From: Eledone cirrhosa
Lineage: Eukaryota
DNA length: 64,000 bases
Assembly: GCA_964016885.1 (NCBI GenBank)
Contig: OZ024741.1
Span: forward strand, 321,470,001 to 321,534,000
Direction of reading: 5' to 3'
Shown: piece by piece, positions 55,214-64,000 of the stretch
Position numbering within the stretch: position 1 is the stretch's first letter
Layout: each line of letters begins with the position of its first letter
The notes under the pieces: generated by a model
Told to the model about the DNA's origin: nothing
The model's database searches: none
Seen by the model: the letters and a program-made list of their open reading frames with translations, nothing else
Program-made: the position numbers and the translations under genes

Positions 55214-57953
55214 AATAAACCTTTCAAGGATTTACACAAATCCAGCCTCCTGTCATTTCATTATAATATTTAACTCCGTAATAGCACCACCAACTACAAA
55301 AACAAAGACGGTTGAACTGCTTTACGTTGAGTACTCTCTATATTATTGCATTACGATTGACCATACGGAATAGACCAGCTCTATACAGTGGTGAACCTCA
55401 AACCTGAATAAATAACGCTCCTGAAATGTTGAGCACTTCAAAATGTAATAATCAACAGCGGCATGGGACTGAATATATCTAACCACAATTCGAACTTTGG
55501 CTACCCGGTGCTTTCGCCTGGCCCTTTGCTACTCCCCTCACAGAATATCCGAACTTCGACGAAACTCCACGGACTGGACCATAACATGTATTGTACTGCA
55601 CTGAATTAACTAAATGGCTACCCTATACTTCTGGGCATGTATAACTCACACTGAACTCCCAGACTCGAACACGCACTGTTTCCACATCTATATGCATTAT
55701 CTGACTGCAACTTGAACTATATTGTATTCCTCCTGTGTCTTGAACTCCCCATTTAATAGACAACGACTCTTGTTTGTTTATTTATATCTTTACATCTTTA
55801 TTTGCTGTATTAATGCTCCTCCACGTATTCTACCTCTATACATCCATGTACTTTCTACTTCCCTTATTCGGACTTTTACTCGCGTGTACCCTCAGCACAC
55901 GTCACTGGAATATTTCCCCCTGGGAACATAAATACCGCAACCTGAACTATATTGTATTTCTCCTGTCTCTTGAACTCTACATTTACTAGACAACGACTAT
56001 TGTTTGTTTATCTATATCTTCACATCTTTGTTTGCTGTATTAATGTCCTGATTTCTCCATCTTACTCCAACACCACTCTTGTTGGTTTATTTACATGTTT
56101 ATACCTATATATTGATATGTTTATATATTTATACCTCTGCTGTACCAATGTGCTCTTCCACGTATTCCACTTCTATGTATCCATGTATTTCTACCCCTCA
56201 CATTGGGACCTGTACCCATTAGCTCTTCCACGTATTCCACTTCTATGTATCCATGTATTTCTACTCCTCACATTGGGACCTGTACCCATTAGCACACGAC
56301 ACTAGAATGTCTCCTCCTGAGAACAAAAATTAAACATTACACGACTATATCCCGTACTCTACATCCCACTAGGATAAATTACAGATCTACATAATACAAT
56401 TAACGTTTCTTCATAAAAGACTATTTAATTAAACCCCGCAACCCAAAACCTCATAGAAGTTATTTGAATGTCTAATCTTCAATTTTCTGTTTGTTCAATT
56501 CTCAATCCTCTTACACCTTAGTTTTATAATGTTATTCTGAATTCTTTCAACTTCATCCAATAGAGTTAAGCAAAATTCTAAAGTTCCAAATTTCTGTCGG
56601 ACCGTTGGGTGGGTTTTAGCGGCGGCGCGACCAGCTCCCTGGCGAACGGGCTCACCTGGAGTGCTTGGAAAAATAAATTCCCCTTCTTTCGGTAAATGAA
56701 AATACTCGGCGTGGCTTAATTAGCCATGGGGCCCGGGGCGCGGCCGGTGTTTTTACCGCCAAATAGTACCTTTAAATTACAGAACAATTCGGAAATATTA
56801 TATATATCAACCTGAAACTGTTGAGCTTTAAATTTTCTAACCTCTTTAATATGGAATATTGATTATTAATTTATTAATTTTTTAACTTCATCCTATAAGT
56901 CTAAACATTGTAACACACTGACCCCCAATATATTCACCTCTGCTAAGATGCGAGTCCCTGTGAAAATTTTGTCGTGCCACTCCTGGCCCAACTGTGGTGT
57001 GACATTAATATCGACCTTCCTTCCTCTCTCTTTCTATCTTCCTTCTTGTAGCTATCAACCATTACTCTTTTACTTCTCTAAGCTAAATTTTAAAGTTCCA
57101 ACTTTCTGTCGGACTGTTGGGTGGGTTTTAATGGCGGCGCGACCAGCTCCCTGGCGAACGAGCTCACCTGAAGTGCTTGGAAAAATAAATTTCCCCTTCT
57201 TTCAGTAAATGAAAATACTCGGCGCGGCTTAATTCGCCATGGGGCCCGGGGCGCGTTGTTTTAACCGCCAAATAGTACCTTTAAATTACAGAACAAATCG
57301 GAACTATTATATAATTAATTGTTAAACTGTTGAACTTTAAATTTTCTAACCTCTTTAATATTGAATATTGATTATTAATTTTTTTAACTTCATCCTAGAA
57401 GTCTAAACACTGTAAAACACTGACTCCCAATATATTCACCTCCGCTAAGATGCGGGTCCCTGTGAAAATTTTCTCGCGCCACTCCTGGCTTGACTGTGGT
57501 CTGACATTAATATCGACCTTTCTTCCTCTTCCTTTCTATCTTCCTTCTTGTAGCCATCAACCCTTACTTTTCTACTTCTCTCTTCCCTTCCTTCTCTCCT
57601 CCCCTCCTCCTGCAGACTTATCTTCCTTCCCCCTCTTGCTTGCCTATATCTGACCAGTAGTAGTTGCCTTCCTCTTTTAGCTGACATTAACCCTGACTTC
57701 TCTTCTTCTTTCTTCCCCCTTCTTCTCCTTCCTTTCTTTCTTTCTTTTACCTTGTGTCATGGGATCGACGTTAACCTATGCTCCCATCCCTTTCTGTTTT
57801 CGTTCATCTGACCGGTAGTAGCATACTATAAAATTTAGCCACATCACTCCAGGTCGACCGGCTGAGGTTGAAGGAACAGAATAGCGGTCGCCCTCGGGTC
57901 TCGATTTTCAGCCCCATGGATTTTACCTATTACATTCACGTATTATATTTCGA

Positions 57954-58011
57954 ATACCTGATGATATCACCGGATTCATACGGAACCCGGTCATTGAAAT
58001 GATCATAGTAT
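57954..58011 (+). ncRNA. Type I hammerhead (second tandem copy)
   Basis: Identical to 55156-55213. Confidence 0.9.
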
Positions 58012-58434
58012 AATAAACCTTTCAAGGATTTACACAAATCCAGCCTCCTGTCATTTCATTATAATATTTAACTCCGTAATAGCACCACCAACTACAAAAA
58101 CAAAGACGGTTGAACTGCTTTACGTTGAGTACTCTCTATATTATTGCATTACGATTGACCATACGGAATAGACCAGCTCTATACGGTGGTGAACCTCAAA
58201 CCTGAATATATTATATATATATATATATTATATATTTATATATTATATATATATATTATATGTATATATATTTATATATATTATATATATATTTATATAT
58301 ATATATATTATATATATTATATATATATATTATAGATATATATTATATATATATATATATATTATATATATATATATTATATATATATATTATATATATA
58401 TATATATTATATATATATATATTATATATATATA

Positions 58435-58665
58435 TCATCATCATCATCATCACCGTTTTACGTCCGTTCTTCCACGCTAGCATGGGTTAGACGGGTTTTC
58501 CTGTTGTGGGCAGTGTCTGGTCGGCTGACCATGCCTTGCTCATACAGGAACTGATCTGGCTTGATTTCTACAGCTGGATGCCCTTCCTAACACCAACCTC
58601 ATTTACAGTGAGTGCTGGGTGCTTTTTCGTGGCGCCTACACGTCCACTTTACAGTGTGGCCCAGG
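58435..58665 (-). mobile_element. RTE-associated 3' end/SINE with (ATG)n tail
   Basis: Matches 4308-4545. Confidence 0.75.
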
Positions 58666-58699
58666 AGCGTTTTTTATTGGGGGGATCAGGGTTTTTTTT

Positions 58700-60588
58700 T
58701 TTTGACCTTGAGGTATAACCAGTCAGTAGTTCCTTCAAAGGCTCTGGCAGTTCCGTAAGAGGGGGCAAGGTGACCTTACCGTTTAAGCAGCACATTGCAG
58801 GTGGCTCCCAGCCCACTTTGTAGCATTGCAGAATTGGCAATTGAAGCGCATCTCGCCTATATTTATGTCAGAGCGCATCGAGTAATTAACGTTTTGCTCA
58901 TACTTGAAAGCCCGTAGGTGCCAGTAAGGGCTGTTGGTGCTCGTCACACCGCGTGCAGCTTCTCGCCGTCGACTGTTACGCTTGAACGTAGAACATTGGT
59001 CGTGTGGTTGGTGGGAAGGTCTGGCAGCAATAGCAGAAGCAACATTTGCAATGCTAATGGACCACCCGTCTGCATCTTCAGAAGCCATGGAAGTAGTCAT
59101 AGCCGCAGCGTTCGTAGGAAGGCGAGCTGTCCGTTGTTTTAAACGTTCCAAAGACCTGGAAGCAGCATTAGTCGCATCGTTTCTAGCCAGGCGCTTCGAC
59201 CTTTGTTCACGGCTCTCTGAAGCCCTGGAAGAAGCCTGGTATGAAGCCATTTTGGCTAGGCGTGCGGTGCGCTGTTGGAAACTTTCAGCGGCTCGACATT
59301 CTGCTGAACGTAAGGCTGTCTGTGAAAGTCTTGAAGCATTTTCCTAAGAGGACTCGTTTGCTATAGTAGCCTTTTGCGCCACTGCTGACGCAGTATGTCG
59401 ACTGAGGCGACTTCTCTTTTTAGGTGGCATTTTATGTCCAAAAGAAAGGGTGAAAGTTACTTCTACATAAAAATTGACTTTGAAAGTCTACTGTCTGTTT
59501 ATGAATATTGTTATTGTTGTTGTGATACAAATGTTAGTAAGTAAATGGGTATCGAAAAATAAAGGGTGAAAGTTACTTCAACATAAAAATTGACTTTGAA
59601 AGTATAATGCTGATAATTGAATGTAAAAAGATTGATAAGAAAGGCCCCCCAAAAAAATTTACAGGTATTTGTATGTATGTGTGTATTTTTATGTCTAAAA
59701 GAAAGGGTTAAAGTTACTTCTACAGAAAAATTTAGTTTGAAAGTGTAAAGCCGATGTGTGTGTAAATTAAGTGACAGGTATTTGTATGTATGTGTGTATG
59801 AAAGTGTAAGGCCGATGTGTGTGTAAATTAAGTGACAGGTATTTGTATGTATGTGTGTATATGTATGTATGTATGTATGTATTAAAGGTTGAAAGTTACT
59901 TCAACATAAAAATTGACTTTGAAAGTATAAGGCTGATAATTGAATGTAAAAAGATTGATAAGAAAGGCCCCAAAAAAAACTTTACAGGTCTTTGTATGTA
60001 TGTGTGTATTTTTATGTCGAAAATAAAGGGTTAAAGTTACTTATACAGAAAAATATAGTTTGAAACTGTAAGGCCGATTGAAAAACTTACAGTTTAGTAA
60101 ATGAAAGTCAGCTTCGAAATGGAGTTTGAACGCGCTAATACAAACACACACATGCTATTGTTATTTCTAAAACAAACTGTGTATGCGTTGATTGATTGAA
60201 ATTCCCGCGTTCCTGTTTCTATGACGTCAATCGTAACCATACCAACATATATGTGTGTGTATGCACCCACATATATGTGTGTATATGTTTTTTTTCAATG
60301 TTTCTCTTTTTCACAAACACTTATAAGAGAAGGTAGAAATTTTAAGGGGAGGTGATGAAGGGAGTAGATATAGGAAACGTATATCATATGAGAGAGGAGA
60401 AATCATCGATTGTTGAAATAAATCGATTTTTCCGTAATTGTGGCATTTTTTACCCAATAAGTTAGCCCATGACCCAAGTTAATATATTTGTAAACATTCT
60501 GCTTAATTATTCATTCAATATTTTTGTAATTGTATAAATGTAAAAAATTGAAACATACATACAGACACAAAAATCTGCCTTTTATAGA
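58700..60588 (-). mobile_element. 5' part of an autonomous-type Helitron (RepHel N-terminus pseudogene, ATG at 59430)
   Basis: 5' TCTATAAAAGGC; MPPKKRSRLSR...IGEMRFNCQFCNATKW/EPPAMCCLNGKVTLPPL..LPEPLKELL; subterminal tandem repeats at 59445-60085. Confidence 0.8.
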
Positions 60589-60599
60589 TAATGATGATA

Positions 60600-63442
<2,843 letters not shown>

Positions 63443-63631
63443 AACTCCCAATTTTTTATATGATGTCTATGACACTGACAACAGTTATGTATCTACCTAA
63501 ATGTTTTGAAGACTATGATTTTAATCACCTGTTTAAACATTCTCTATGCTCCGATGATTCGAGACAGCCCTCTGATAGAAACAAATAAATGTATTAAACT
63601 AAGATTTCATTGTTTTAATATTTTGTATATA

Positions 63632-64000
63632 TCTATATATATAAAGTTGTAGTTCCTGTATGTCTGTTTGTTTGTTTGTTTGTTCACGAACTCCTCCTAT
63701 GGTTTTGGAGATAGTCCCCCATAACCATATATATTCTGAAACTACATTGCCCAGGGTACTTGGATAAGTATATTTCATTTTAATCAAAGGGTTCCCCGGG
63801 GCACAAATCCCCGCTGAAAATGTTTTCCCTTCCATTTATATGAAATTTAAACCATAGGTAAACGATAAGTTATGATGCCTATTCACAAAATTTCAGCAAA
63901 TTTCAATAATATTAAGACACCCTAATGGGGGTTAAACCCCCCTATAAGGGTTCCCCGGGAGCACAAACCCCCACTGAAAATTGTTTCCCTTCCATTTATA
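63632..64000 (+). mobile_element. 5' end of a Helitron-type element, running off the window
   Basis: A|TCTATATATATAAAG..TGTCTGTTTG start, like 12457 and 15626; internal repeat at 63788 and 63947. Confidence 0.55.

Larger units (their letters stand above)
54393..58208 (+). mobile_element. Non-coding HHR element: 2798-nt monomer with 375-bp terminal direct repeats, preceded by a 640-bp inverted copy of its 3' part
   Basis: 55036-55410 = 57834-58208; 54393-55032 = reverse complement of 57420-58063; three identical HHRs; TA flanks; no recognisable ORF. Confidence 0.88.

Noticed and set aside
54765-57687. Short ORFs within the 2.8-kb HHR element
   Set aside because: Under about 120 aa, low complexity, present on both strands because of the inversion, and with no recognisable motif.
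63545-63600. HHR-like CCGATGA...GAAAC...GTA
   Set aside because: Core is mutated and stem I does not pair; at most a decayed remnant.

Overview
Repeat-dense animal genomic DNA, probably cephalopod/octopus-like (inferred from the very long (TA)n/(CA)n/(CAT)n tracts, the SINE type and the histone sequence). The only host genes are a divergent, stem-loop-type histone pair: H2A is intact, and H2B is frameshifted by an apparent 13-nt deletion. The rest is mobile DNA: two decayed Penelope-like retroelements (RT + GIY-YIG) and a third fragment, RTE and R2/R4-type LINE fragments, Helitrons, a Chapaev3-type transposon, a deleted LTR element, MITEs and tRNA-derived SINEs. The main unannotated signal is about 20 type I hammerhead ribozyme (HHR) motifs from more than 12 unrelated sequence families. 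Most lie in short non-coding inserts within or beside (TA)n tracts. These inserts are 1.1-1.9 permuted copies of a 0.3-2.8 kb monomer and/or fold-back palindromes, as expected for retrozyme-like (circular-RNA) parasites of Penelope elements. HHRs were folded by eye and no activity was tested. Almost all long ORFs in the track are microsatellite artefacts.
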